Source: Candidatus Methanophagales archaeon
GTDB taxonomy: Archaea; Halobacteriota; Syntropharchaeia; Alkanophagales; Methanospirareceae
DNA: 64,000 bases
Direction: 5' to 3'
Assembly: GCA_017883965.1 (NCBI GenBank)
Contig: JAFNKG010000001.1
Coordinates: forward strand, 14,893 to 78,892
The translations under genes were made by a program, and so were the position numbers. Below the pieces are notes generated by a model that was given only the letters and a program-made list of their open reading frames with translations, was not told where the DNA came from and searched no databases. Each line of letters begins with the position of its first letter. The first letter of the stretch is position 1. Shown in pieces: positions 10,461 to 19,697 of this stretch.

Positions 10461-10550
10461 TTGTTTACCACTGAGCCCGCAGAGAACACAGAGAGTCAGA
10501 AAAATCATTTATCTCATCTCAGCGCTCTCCCTGATCTCGGCGGTAAACAA
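10461..10550. repeat. Imperfect inverted repeat with 9-mer (GCAGAGAAC-like) arms
   Basis: ttgtttaccactgagcccgcagagaacacagag ... ctcagcgctctccctgatctcggcggtaaacaa; same family as 51428-51549. Confidence 0.75.
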
Positions 10551-10648
10551 ACACATAAATCTATATGACTGAAATAAGACATTCAAAACAAACCTTTCTT
10601 TAAAAAATAGAAAGATATATAAACGAAGAAAAAAATGAATTTGGTGAT

Positions 10649-10960
10649 ATGCCAATAGATAGCGCAACCGCAGTAGAATTGGTAAACCTGGTTGCGGGTA
10701 TTTTCATATTAGCTGTGGCGATTTACGTAAAAAGGAAAGCCAATTTAGCCATATTCAATCGAGGATTGGACATAATAGCAGCTTCAGGAGCAATAAGAGT
10801 TGTTGGCTCTTTATTTCGGGCATACTACACTTACACTGATTCACTTGAGCTTATTCCCTGGGGTAGGGCGTTTTTGGTGGTTGGTAGGGTCGTGTTAGTG
10901 ATTGGACTATATGTATTTGCAATGGCGGTATTAAAAATATGTAGTGAGGAAAGAAGATGA
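10649..10960 (+). CDS. Small membrane protein (about 3 TM), unknown function
   Basis: 103 aa with three hydrophobic stretches; ATGA overlap with next gene. Confidence 0.7.
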   Translation: MPIDSATAVELVNLVAGIFILAVAIYVKRKANLAIFNRGLDIIAASGAIRVVGSLFRAYYTYTDSLELIPWGRAFLVVGRVVLVIGLYVFAMAVLKICSEERR

Positions 10961-11316
10961 ACGGGTCAGAACTGGAGCTTGCGCTGAAGGATTTAGTAGC
11001 GACAGAAAGCGTAAATGCCTCCGCAGTGGTTACGAAGGATGGAATAATGGTAGGATTTTTGAACAAGTATGCTCAAGAAGAGGTGTCACCATTATCAGCA
11101 GTGGTAGCAATGATGGCGAGAACGGCGGAGAAATGCACGAGAATGCTTGAAAAGGGCGATATGGAAGAGATAATAACGAAGGCTGGCGGTGGCGTGATAT
11201 TAACGAAGAAGTACGAAGGGTTTATATTCCTCGTGGCTGCGGATAAAGGCTTTGATTTTGACTCTATTAAGCCAAAAATGGAGAGGGTAAAGGATGCTAT
11301 CAGGGGTATGGTATGA
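10957..11316 (+). CDS. Roadblock/LC7 (MglB-like) domain protein
   Basis: ASAVVTKDGIMV..LSAVVAMMARTAEKCTRMLEKGDMEEIITKAGGGVIL pattern. Confidence 0.82.
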   Translation: MNGSELELALKDLVATESVNASAVVTKDGIMVGFLNKYAQEEVSPLSAVVAMMARTAEKCTRMLEKGDMEEIITKAGGGVILTKKYEGFIFLVAADKGFDFDSIKPKMERVKDAIRGMV

Positions 11317-11320
11317 ACGT

Positions 11321-11482
11321 AATTGAAAAATGCAAAGTGCAAATTGAAAAGTGCAAAATAGGAAAAGCGAGGTTAGGGTAAAGGGAATAGATACAAAATT
11401 TGTATTTTAGGTGCTACGCTTACCCCCGGTATCGCGATAATTCCGCTAATATGAAATTTTGCAATTTGCACTTTTCATTTTC
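11321..11482. repeat. Element with inverted heptamer-array termini (AA[TAG]TG[AC]A units)
   Basis: Left AATTGAA AAATGCA AAGTGCA AATTGAA AAGTGCA; right ATTTTGCAATTTGCACTTTTCATTTTC is the reverse complement. Confidence 0.8.
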
Positions 11483-12199
11483 TTACCTGTATATCCTCGG
11501 ATACTTATACCTTTGCACATCTCCCCACTCAGCAGTGGCATTTATCATCGCATTCCAGAATCGTAGCTTGTTCAAAATCTCCTGCATCATTACATGCCGC
11601 TCGCCGAAGTGCTTTATCAAACTCTCCCTCACCTTCTTATATTCACCTTCGCTTTCCCTTTCCCTTCCACCTTCCCATCCCGCTTCCTTCTTCAGTTTCA
11701 CGGTGGTGAATGCAGCATGTCGAGAAACATCTTCCACTGCCAATCCTCTGTTCTCGGCGAGGAAACAAGAGATAATTTTCGCTACGAATTCCACATGCGT
11801 TCTTTCACCGGATAAACAAATCGTTACTTCCGTAGGATTTCGGTCATCGTTGGCATCTACTTTAATATCCACTGCGAAGCCTATATCTGCAATCTCTACA
11901 AGGTCTGATACGGATTCGATGGCATGAATCTCCTCTATACATCCAGTCGCATCCTCATCCGGGAGACATTCATCCGTATGAGCAAGAAACCAGTTCAGCA
12001 TCGTATTCGGGATGCAAACGCCTTTAATTCTCTTTTCTAGTTTCTTCGTCTCTTCAAGACTGCCAAATTTCCTCAGCATGAAATCAACGAAATCAATGAT
12101 TTCTCGCATCGCAGCGCTGAGATTGCCTTCGTGTTTATCCACTATTCTCCCTATTTTCCTTATATCTTCCTCATACAACGAGATGTTCTTTCGTATCAT
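11483..12199 (-). CDS. Hypothetical protein with N-terminal ribbon-helix-helix-like segment
   Basis: MIRKNISL..EDIRKIG..HEGNLSAAMREIIDF resembles an RHH; rest unrecognised. Confidence 0.6.
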   Translation of the reverse strand: MIRKNISLYEEDIRKIGRIVDKHEGNLSAAMREIIDFVDFMLRKFGSLEETKKLEKRIKGVCIPNTMLNWFLAHTDECLPDEDATGCIEEIHAIESVSDLVEIADIGFAVDIKVDANDDRNPTEVTICLSGERTHVEFVAKIISCFLAENRGLAVEDVSRHAAFTTVKLKKEAGWEGGRERESEGEYKKVRESLIKHFGERHVMMQEILNKLRFWNAMINATAEWGDVQRYKYPRIYR

Positions 12200-12383
12200 C
12201 CTATCTCACTTACCTATATATAGATGATAAGTTATCACATTATTTAAATTGATTTGCCATAGGGAAAAGTTTTTGTTAAATTTGTAGTATAATTTCTCAA
12301 ATCATTTTTTTTGGGTGCTATAACATACATTTCCACTGCGCAAGAGCAAAAATAGAAGAGAGAAAAGAGGTGAAGAAAAAGAA

Positions 12384-13838
12384 ATGAAAGCCGTAATTTT
12401 GGCTGGCGGGTTTGGAACCCGGCTTCGTCCATTAACGTTCACGAAGCCGAAGCCGATGGTCCCGCTGGTGAATAAACCAGTGATAGAGCACGTGGTTGAC
12501 TATCTGGTCTCGCACGGATTGAACGATATCGTAGTGACCACGACGTTCCTTCGGGAGACTATCATGGAGCACTTCAGGTATAGAGAAGATGCGCGCATGA
12601 CATATCCGACAGAGCCATACCCGCTTGGAACTGCGGGGTCGGTGAAAAATGCGGGGTTAGATGAAGAAGAAGATGAACCTTTCGTGGTGATACAGGGCGA
12701 TAACATCACAGATATGAACCTGCGTGGATTAATAGATTTTCACCACGAAGCGGGAGGGCAGGTAACAATCGCTTTAACGCATGTGGAAGACCCGTGGAAC
12801 TATGGTATTGCAATGCTCGAAGGTAATGGCTGCATTAGTAGATTCCATGAAAAACCTGATAAGGGGGAGTGCTTTAGCAATCTGGCAAACACCGGGATAT
12901 ATGTGGTGGAGCCGAAGGCGATGGAATTTGTGCCTGAAGGGATGCCTTTCGACTTTGCAAAGGACCTTTTTCACCTGCTTCAGGCGAAGGGGAAAGGCAA
13001 AGGCAAAGGGAAAGGCAAGATGTTCGGATACGAGACAGATGCGGACTGCTTCTGGACAGACGTGGGTCAGCCTGAGGGATATATGAAAGCGATGGAATGG
13101 ATGTTAAAAAAGGCGAAGAGAGATGTGTTTATAGGAGAAAATGTGGAGATTAACGGTTCAGGGATAACAGGACCTACGGTAATAGGTAATAGTGTGGTTG
13201 TGGAAGAGAATTGTTCAGTAGGACCTAATGTGGTTCTATTTGAAGACGTCTATATCGGGAAAAACACGAGCCTTGAGCAGTGTTTCATTGGTGAACGCAC
13301 TATAACAGGAGAAAATGCCTCCGTAAAGGGTGCAATCATTGGTGCCCAATGCGAACTTGGAAACGACGTTGAAGTTCTTAAAGGGAATATATGGCCCTTT
13401 GTTACTATACCACACAGCACAACCGTGGATGACACCATAAAAAGATTCGTCAGATTCGATGCCAATGGAAATGGAACCGGAATCAGAAATGAAGGGGAAG
13501 GAAACGAGAACGAGAATTTATTACGCACTGTTTCGGATGAAGAGGCATTTTACTTTAACATGCGTAAAGGAGGGAAAATCGTTCATACCGGCTTCGTAGC
13601 ACGCAGTTTGGATATGTTTGTGGATATGTTGAAAAAAGTAGACCCGAGGGCGATAGAGTATCACCTCAGAGAGAGCTACAACGATTTCGCTGCATGGATA
13701 CGAGATGTGTACAGGGACGAGAAACTTGCATACGAAGTCGTTGATATGCACTGGTGGGAGCCGAGGAGCAAGTTGATTGGCAAGATACAGGAGCGCATAA
13801 GCGAATTGAAATCGAGCGTGAGGGTTGATGCTTTATGA
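12384..13838 (+). CDS. Sugar-1-phosphate nucleotidyltransferase (mannose-1-P guanylyltransferase-like) with beta-helix and a C-terminal DUF5752-like domain
   Basis: AVILAGGFGTRLRPLT..PKPMVP, PLGTAG, FHEKP, WTDVG; hexapeptide repeats; tail AFYF..ARSLDMFVDMLKKV..IEYHL..NDFAAWIRDV. Confidence 0.85.
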   Translation: MKAVILAGGFGTRLRPLTFTKPKPMVPLVNKPVIEHVVDYLVSHGLNDIVVTTTFLRETIMEHFRYREDARMTYPTEPYPLGTAGSVKNAGLDEEEDEPFVVIQGDNITDMNLRGLIDFHHEAGGQVTIALTHVEDPWNYGIAMLEGNGCISRFHEKPDKGECFSNLANTGIYVVEPKAMEFVPEGMPFDFAKDLFHLLQAKGKGKGKGKGKMFGYETDADCFWTDVGQPEGYMKAMEWMLKKAKRDVFIGENVEINGSGITGPTVIGNSVVVEENCSVGPNVVLFEDVYIGKNTSLEQCFIGERTITGENASVKGAIIGAQCELGNDVEVLKGNIWPFVTIPHSTTVDDTIKRFVRFDANGNGTGIRNEGEGNENENLLRTVSDEEAFYFNMRKGGKIVHTGFVARSLDMFVDMLKKVDPRAIEYHLRESYNDFAAWIRDVYRDEKLAYEVVDMHWWEPRSKLIGKIQERISELKSSVRVDAL

Positions 13839-14170
13839 CAACGAATGGTGAAGAAGAGAAGAAAGAGAGGATTGTAACAAAAATAACTAAGAAGAAGGCA
13901 GAACTGTCCATGCTCTCAACTTCTTTATTCACACCTGCTGGCAAGAATCCATATTATCTGAATAGGGGTAGCAGAGCGACAGCTATAAGAAACATGGCGG
14001 AATTGAGAGACCACCTTGGTGTATTCACTATGGAGGAGATTCCCTGGCTGGCATCGTGGATAGAATATCTTGGCGATCAGGAGACTGCGGATAGGCTAAG
14101 AGAAACGCCAGAAAAGTTCAAGGAAATCATTGAGGAGCGATACTACGCGCTTAGAGAATTTTCCAATTGA
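13835..14170 (+). CDS. Small protein, DUF5752-like
   Basis: PYYL..AIRNMAELRDHL..WLASWIEYLGDQETADRL resembles the preceding gene's C-terminal domain; ATGA coupling. Confidence 0.55.
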   Translation: MTTNGEEEKKERIVTKITKKKAELSMLSTSLFTPAGKNPYYLNRGSRATAIRNMAELRDHLGVFTMEEIPWLASWIEYLGDQETADRLRETPEKFKEIIEERYYALREFSN

Positions 14171-14176
14171 ACTAAA

Positions 14177-15340
14177 ATGAGAATCGCATTGTTCAGTTGG
14201 GAATCTCTGCATTCGATTGCCATTGGAGGTGTTGCGCCACATGTTACAGAGCTCGCTGCTGCTCTTCAGAGGATGGGTAATGAAGTGCACGTGTTCACGA
14301 GGATGGGAAATGGACAGCAGCATTATGAGGTGATAGACGGAGTGCATTACCACCACTGCCCTTTCGACTTGAATCCTGATTTCTTGGCTGAGATGAACAA
14401 CATGTGTCGCTCCTTCGCTTATCACTTCTTCCAGACTGAGAACGTATCGGGCAATTTTGACATCAGTCATGGGCACGACTGGATGACTGCAAATGCACTC
14501 GCAGAGATAAGGAATGCCCGGAATAAGAAAACCGTTTTCACGCTTCACTCAACCGAATATGGAAGGTGTGGGAATGTTTTTCACGAAGGGAAATCAAAAG
14601 ATATAAGAAACTTAGAATGGTATGGCGGATTCGTCGCCGATAAAATAATAACCACTTCGGAAAGGATAAAGAACGAAGTTAAGTGGATATATAACTTCGA
14701 GGACTGGAAAATAGCGGTGATACCGAATGGGGTTTCGTTGCATAAATTCGATGGATTCATTGATCCATGGGGGAATGTGAAGAAATGGCATGGAGTTGGC
14801 GTTTGGGACCCTGTATGTCTATTTGTGGGGAGGATGGCCTTCCAGAAAGGGGCAGATTTGTTATTAGAGGCAATTCCTTCTGCTTTAAATGCGTTTCCTG
14901 ATGCTAAATTCTTTTTCATCGGTGATGGCTACCTGAGAAGCGGGTTAGAACAAAGAGCGGGGCAACTTGGAGTTCAGCACGCAACGAGATTCCTCGGCTA
15001 CATTTTGGAAGGCGACCTCATAAATTTCTACAAGGCATGTGATGCGGTATGCATACCTTCGAGGAACGAGCCTTTTGGAATAGTTGCATTGGAAGCATGG
15101 GCTGCTGGTAAGCCAATTGTAGTAACGCATAACGGTTTCGATTACGTCTGGCATGAGGTCAATGGGCTGAAGGTGTATGACAATCCGAATTCAATCGCTT
15201 GGGGAATAAAGAGCATATTTGGCGATTTAGAAAAGGCAAAGTGGATGGGCTCGAACGGAAGAAAGACGGCAGAAGGATTTTCGTGGGATAATATTGCAAG
15301 AATGACGATGGGCGTGTATGAGGAGATATTGAGATGGTAA
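14177..15340 (+). CDS. GT4 glycosyltransferase, copy 1
   Basis: IGGVAPHV, HGHDW, HSTEYGR, FVGRM..QKG, PSRNEPFGIVALEAWAAGKP. Confidence 0.9.
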   Translation: MRIALFSWESLHSIAIGGVAPHVTELAAALQRMGNEVHVFTRMGNGQQHYEVIDGVHYHHCPFDLNPDFLAEMNNMCRSFAYHFFQTENVSGNFDISHGHDWMTANALAEIRNARNKKTVFTLHSTEYGRCGNVFHEGKSKDIRNLEWYGGFVADKIITTSERIKNEVKWIYNFEDWKIAVIPNGVSLHKFDGFIDPWGNVKKWHGVGVWDPVCLFVGRMAFQKGADLLLEAIPSALNAFPDAKFFFIGDGYLRSGLEQRAGQLGVQHATRFLGYILEGDLINFYKACDAVCIPSRNEPFGIVALEAWAAGKPIVVTHNGFDYVWHEVNGLKVYDNPNSIAWGIKSIFGDLEKAKWMGSNGRKTAEGFSWDNIARMTMGVYEEILRW

Positions 15341-15360
15341 ATAGAGATATGAAACAAAAA

Positions 15361-16524
15361 ATGAGAATAGCAATGTTTAGTTGGGAATCGTTATATTCAA
15401 TTGCAGTTGGAGGTATTGCACCACATGTTACAGAGCTCGCTGCTGCTCTTCAAAGAGCTGGGGATGAAGTGCACGTGTTCACAAGGATGGGAAATGGGCA
15501 GCAGCAATATGAGGTGATAGAGGGAGTGCATTACCATCGTTGCTCTTTCGACTCAAATCCCAATTTTATCCATAGGATGGACAACATGTGCCGCTCCTTC
15601 GCTTATCACTTCTTCCAGACTGAGAACGTATCAGGCAATTTTGACATCATTCATGGGCACGACTGGATGACTGCGAATGCGCTCGCAGAGATAAGGAATG
15701 CCCGGAATAAGAAAACCGTTTTCACGCTTCACTCAACTGAATACGGGAGATGCGGGAATGTTTTTCAGGGTGGGCAGTCGAAAGACATAAGAAATCTCGA
15801 ATGGTATGGCGGATTCGTCGCCGATAAAATGATAACCACTTCAGAAAGGATAAAGAAGGAAGCTGAGTGGATATATAAGTTCGAGGACCAGAAAATAGCG
15901 GTGATACCAAATGGAATTTTGTTACAGAAGTTCGATGGGTTCATTGACTCATGGGGGAACGTGAAGAAATGGCATGGAGTTGGCGTTTGGGACCCTGTAT
16001 GTTTATTTGTGGGGAGGATGGTCTTCCAGAAAGGGGCGGATTTGTTATTAGAGGCGATTCCTTCTGTTTCAAATGCGTTTCCCAATGCTAAATTCTTTTT
16101 CATCGGTGACGGGCACATGAGAAGCGGGTTAGAACAAAGAGCGAGTCAACTTGGAGTTCAGCATGCCACGAGATTTCCTGGTTATGTTTTAGAAGGCGAC
16201 CTCATAAATTTCTACAAGGCATGTGATGTAGTATGCATACCTTCAAGGAATGAACCTTTTGGAATAGTTGCGCTGGAAGCGTGGGCTGCTTGTAAGCCAA
16301 TCGTAGTAACGCGTAACGGCTTCGATTTCGTGGAGCAGGATGTAAATGGGCTGAAGGTGGATGCCAATCCGACTTCAATTGCAGCGGGAATAAGGAGCAT
16401 ATTTTCGGATCCCGAAAGGGCGAAGTTGATGGGCTCGAACGGAAAAAAGACTGCAGAGGGTTTCTCATGGGATAATATCGCAAGAACGACAATGGGCGTG
16501 TATGAGGAAATCTTGGGATGGTGA
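15361..16524 (+). CDS. GT4 glycosyltransferase, copy 2 (tandem paralogue)
   Basis: Same 1164-bp length from ATG 15361 and near-identical protein to 14177-15340. Confidence 0.9.
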   Translation: MRIAMFSWESLYSIAVGGIAPHVTELAAALQRAGDEVHVFTRMGNGQQQYEVIEGVHYHRCSFDSNPNFIHRMDNMCRSFAYHFFQTENVSGNFDIIHGHDWMTANALAEIRNARNKKTVFTLHSTEYGRCGNVFQGGQSKDIRNLEWYGGFVADKMITTSERIKKEAEWIYKFEDQKIAVIPNGILLQKFDGFIDSWGNVKKWHGVGVWDPVCLFVGRMVFQKGADLLLEAIPSVSNAFPNAKFFFIGDGHMRSGLEQRASQLGVQHATRFPGYVLEGDLINFYKACDVVCIPSRNEPFGIVALEAWAACKPIVVTRNGFDFVEQDVNGLKVDANPTSIAAGIRSIFSDPERAKLMGSNGKKTAEGFSWDNIARTTMGVYEEILGW

Positions 16525-16566
16525 GAATCGTTTTTCAGGAAGAAGAGCAGAATAAAAAAGCTAAAA

Positions 16567-17043
16567 ATGAGCGTAAAAAAAGCAGTATGCACGCCTTTAT
16601 GCAAAGCGATGGTGGATACGCGGACATTAATAGCGATATTAGTTTTAGCAGTTTTATGGCGAATAGTTATGAGTATTGATCAAAAGGTAGCCCTTTGGGA
16701 GAGTATATGCTCCGGGATTTTTCTTTTTGTTCTCGGCTGGGCTCTCTTTCTCTATATTTATTGCTGGTCTGCACGGTTAAAAGGCTGGTTGGAATTGAAC
16801 AAAATTTATCTCTGGATTTCTATATGCACTATTGCAGTGAACTTTTATGTGATTGTATATTATGCGGAGAGATGGTATAGATTAGCGGTAGAGCCGGAAT
16901 ATGTGCTGCTTCTTGATTATGCATTCAGAAGTGTGCGATTCATAGCTTTGATTTTGTTCTACTGTGCAGTGGTCTGGATGAGTAGATGGCTGAAGAAGGT
17001 GGGGGCTGATTATGAATTGCTATTTAAGAAAGCGGAGGTGTAA
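16567..17043 (+). CDS. Membrane protein (about 4 TM), unknown function; start may be 16609
   Basis: Hydrophobic stretches; its 3' end carries GGAGGTG RBS for next gene. Confidence 0.65.
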   Translation: MSVKKAVCTPLCKAMVDTRTLIAILVLAVLWRIVMSIDQKVALWESICSGIFLFVLGWALFLYIYCWSARLKGWLELNKIYLWISICTIAVNFYVIVYYAERWYRLAVEPEYVLLLDYAFRSVRFIALILFYCAVVWMSRWLKKVGADYELLFKKAEV

Positions 17044-17045
17044 AA

Positions 17046-17450
17046 ATGGAAGAAAGTATAGTAATAAATGAGGATTCAACGGCAGAAGAACTCGCACCAA
17101 TAGCAAAGGCGGTTCATGATTTGCTCGTAATACCAGTGACAATGCGAAGCAAGAATAAAAAGGGTGTTAGAGTGGAAAAAGGAGAAGTTATAGATTTTGA
17201 ATATACGGGTCCGGTATTAGAACGAGTGTTGGATGAGAATCGAGTAATACGGACAACACCTCTTACGGGGAGATATGCGCGAATACCAGTTGTTGTTGCT
17301 CCGATTCGGAACAGGAAAGGGGAAGTTATAGCAGCTTTAGGCGTTGTGGACGTGGTTGGAACGGTGGATTTAGGAGCTGTATTTGCCGACTTCCCTCGTG
17401 TTCTCGAACAAATTAAGTCGTATCCTAAATACAAGTTAAAACGAGAATGA
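17046..17450 (+). CDS. DUF2111-family protein
   Basis: LAPIAKAVHDLL.IPVTMRS..GVRVEKGEVID.EYTGPVLE..GRYARIPVVVAPI..AALGVVD, typical of this methanogen family. Confidence 0.75.
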   Translation: MEESIVINEDSTAEELAPIAKAVHDLLVIPVTMRSKNKKGVRVEKGEVIDFEYTGPVLERVLDENRVIRTTPLTGRYARIPVVVAPIRNRKGEVIAALGVVDVVGTVDLGAVFADFPRVLEQIKSYPKYKLKRE

Positions 17451-17482
17451 GTATAATTAACATTTTCTTTCTCCCTTCTTCG

Positions 17483-17884
17483 ATGAACAAAAAACTGATA
17501 AAGGAATTCCTGAAGAAAGAGAACGTTTTTGCAGTCGTTGGCGTTTCGAGAAACCCTGCGAAATATGGGCATCAGGTATATAAAGACCTGAAAGAAGCAG
17601 GCTATACCGTTTACCCTGTGAACCCTAATATTGACGAAATATTTGGAGAGAGATGCTATCATTCGCTAAGCGAACTGCCCGAAAAACCTGATGTTGTAGA
17701 TACAGTAGCCCCGCCAGTCGTTACAGAAAAGATAGTTGAGGAATGTAAGGAATTGGGAATAGAAAGAGTATGGATGCAGCCGGGTTCAGAATCCGAGAAA
17801 GGTATAAATTTCTGCACGCGAAACAAGATAAAAGTAGTGCATGATGCGTGTGTGATGGTGAAGAGAAGGGAAACTTCATTCTAA
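17483..17884 (+). CDS. CoA-binding domain protein (YccU-like)
   Basis: FAVVGVSRNPAKYG, VYPVNP, VWMQPGSES, HDAC. Confidence 0.88.
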   Translation: MNKKLIKEFLKKENVFAVVGVSRNPAKYGHQVYKDLKEAGYTVYPVNPNIDEIFGERCYHSLSELPEKPDVVDTVAPPVVTEKIVEECKELGIERVWMQPGSESEKGINFCTRNKIKVVHDACVMVKRRETSF

Positions 17885-18454
17885 CATCCTTCTCGCTATC
17901 CTCAAATCATCAGGTGTATTTACATTTATGGCAAGCAGGGGGTCATCAAATAAAAAAGGTATCGAATTTTTTGAACTCGTGACCACGTTGATGCCACAAG
18001 AAACGAGTTTTTTACCTTCATGCTCGAACGTGTAGCCAGGGGTTACATTCGGCACTATATTCAGGGGAACAGCACCTGTAATACTAACGCGGTGCGATAA
18101 ATAAGCGTCTATTATCGCATTAATATGCTTGCTTCTTAAAAATGGGATATCGCATGCAACGGATACAAATTCTGGATAACGCAGTAGTAAATATCGTAAA
18201 TCTTCATGGTAACCCTCACCAGGCGTTTCTACTACCACATAACCCACAAGTTTGCAATATTCCGCTGTTTTCGGTGTGTTTTTTGAAATAGCCACGATAA
18301 AATCATCCACTTTTGATTCTCGAACACTTCTTACAACCAAATCAATTAGCCGTTTCTGGTTTCCACTTTCACCGATCTTTATAAGTGCCTTCTCTTCTCC
18401 TTTCCTTCCTGTCATTCTGTTGCTTTTCCCACCCGCGAGAATTATTGCTATCAT
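17876..18454 (-). CDS. NTP transferase, CobY-like (adenosylcobinamide-phosphate guanylyltransferase)
   Basis: AIILAGGKSNRM..EKALI, ETPGEGYHEDL, ACDIP, AINVNTPDDL; start moved to 18454 because the upstream extension is a repeat. Confidence 0.7.
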   Translation of the reverse strand: MIAIILAGGKSNRMTGRKGEEKALIKIGESGNQKRLIDLVVRSVRESKVDDFIVAISKNTPKTAEYCKLVGYVVVETPGEGYHEDLRYLLLRYPEFVSVACDIPFLRSKHINAIIDAYLSHRVSITGAVPLNIVPNVTPGYTFEHEGKKLVSCGINVVTSSKNSIPFLFDDPLLAINVNTPDDLRIARRMLE

Positions 18455-18536
18455 AAACTTTTTTGCTTCGCAAAAACCTTTACTAAAAAAATTTAAAAAA
18501 TTCTTTTGATAAAACTCTTCTTTCAAGAAAAGTTTT
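18455..18536. repeat. AT-rich dispersed palindromic repeat (copy A)
   Basis: ttcttttgataaaactcttctttcaagaaaagttt matches reverse complement of 38875-38911 and resembles 47927-47962. Confidence 0.7.
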
Positions 18537-18599
18537 ATGCGTTTACGGAAAAGAAAAATTTATATGGTTGTAATTCTATATTGAATTGAGGCACTGGAA

Positions 18600-19082
18600 A
18601 TGGCGGTAAAGTCTTCTGCGGATATAGCACGAATATTAAAAGAGAAATGGGATAGAAGCAAGGATAAGGAAGATTGGAGAGTGCTATCAGGACGGAATCC
18701 AAAAGGACGGTATGACATGTTCATCTCCAGCCCTGAGCGTCTGTGGCAGCTAAAAATCGAGCAGACGGGACGCAATGAGGCAATGGGATTTGGCCTGGAA
18801 GTAGGGAAAATAGAAGACGAGATAAAAGAGCTTATGGGGATAGGCGCTCCAGTCCCTTTTGGTTTGATTGCCCCTCAAAAAGCTGATTTAGCCATTATAA
18901 TGGCAGGTATTCAGCAATACTCTTCTGATTCGGCTTATACGCTCTGCAAAGAATATCTCTCAGAAAAGCAAGCGAAACTGGATGAGAAGTTGGACATGGA
19001 GATAGAGCGAATGAGAAGCGACCCCGTGTTAAGAAGAAGATATAAAGAGCAAAAAGAGCGGGAGAAAATCCCTTATTTGTGA
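18600..19082 (+). CDS. Hypothetical protein
   Basis: 160-aa ORF with genome-typical codon usage, coupled to next gene. Confidence 0.65.
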   Translation: MAVKSSADIARILKEKWDRSKDKEDWRVLSGRNPKGRYDMFISSPERLWQLKIEQTGRNEAMGFGLEVGKIEDEIKELMGIGAPVPFGLIAPQKADLAIIMAGIQQYSSDSAYTLCKEYLSEKQAKLDEKLDMEIERMRSDPVLRRRYKEQKEREKIPYL

Positions 19083-19660
19083 TGGTTTTGCATGTAAATA
19101 AAAAGGGGATAAGAGTACTTGGTATTGCAGAAAGTTTCAAGAGAGCCTATGAAAAGTCAGTGCTTGCTGGCATCGTTATGCGTTCCGATTTCATTATAGA
19201 CGGTGTCGCTTTTGACTGTATAACCGTGGGGGGGATGGATGCCACCGAAGGAATATTGCACGTCTTCGATTCTCTTCAGCGAGATGATATAAACGTGATG
19301 ATGCTAAATGGATGCGTCATCAGCTGGTTCAACATTATAGATATAAATGAGGTTTACGAAAAACTGCGGATTCCTCTCATCTGCGTGACTTACGAGGAAT
19401 CCGAGGGTTTGGAAGAACATATAGCCAGGCATTTCGAAGCAAATGAGCGAGATTCACGGATAGAAGCATATAGGAGGCTTGAAAATCGTGTACCTGTGAA
19501 ATTACATGACAATTTCGAGATTTTAATACGATTTTTGGGTATGGAAAAAGCAGAAGCTGGTGCGGTGCTAAAAAAATTCACCTCTCACGGGAAAGTGCCA
19601 GAGCCATTAAGGGTTGCGAAGATAACAGCGAGGGCGGCACTCAAATATTCAGCGGGTTAG
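19079..19660 (+). CDS. DUF99 family (endonuclease V-like) protein
   Basis: IRVLGIAESF..LAGIVMRSD.IIDG..TVGGMDAT..GCVISWFNIID..KVPEPLRVA. Confidence 0.85.
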   Translation: MMVLHVNKKGIRVLGIAESFKRAYEKSVLAGIVMRSDFIIDGVAFDCITVGGMDATEGILHVFDSLQRDDINVMMLNGCVISWFNIIDINEVYEKLRIPLICVTYEESEGLEEHIARHFEANERDSRIEAYRRLENRVPVKLHDNFEILIRFLGMEKAEAGAVLKKFTSHGKVPEPLRVAKITARAALKYSAG

Positions 19661-19697
19661 CGTGTTGGTGGTTCAGCGGGTTAGCGTGTTGGTGGTT
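19648..19697 (+). repeat. 8-mer array, 2 x 24 bp (TTCAGCGGGTTAGCGTGTTGGTGG), left arm of four-helix-bundle cassette
   Basis: Exact tandem copies at 19648-19671 and 19672-19695. Confidence 0.9.

Noticed and set aside
19648-19697. CRISPR array
   Set aside because: Only two abutting 24-bp copies, no spacers, no cas genes.
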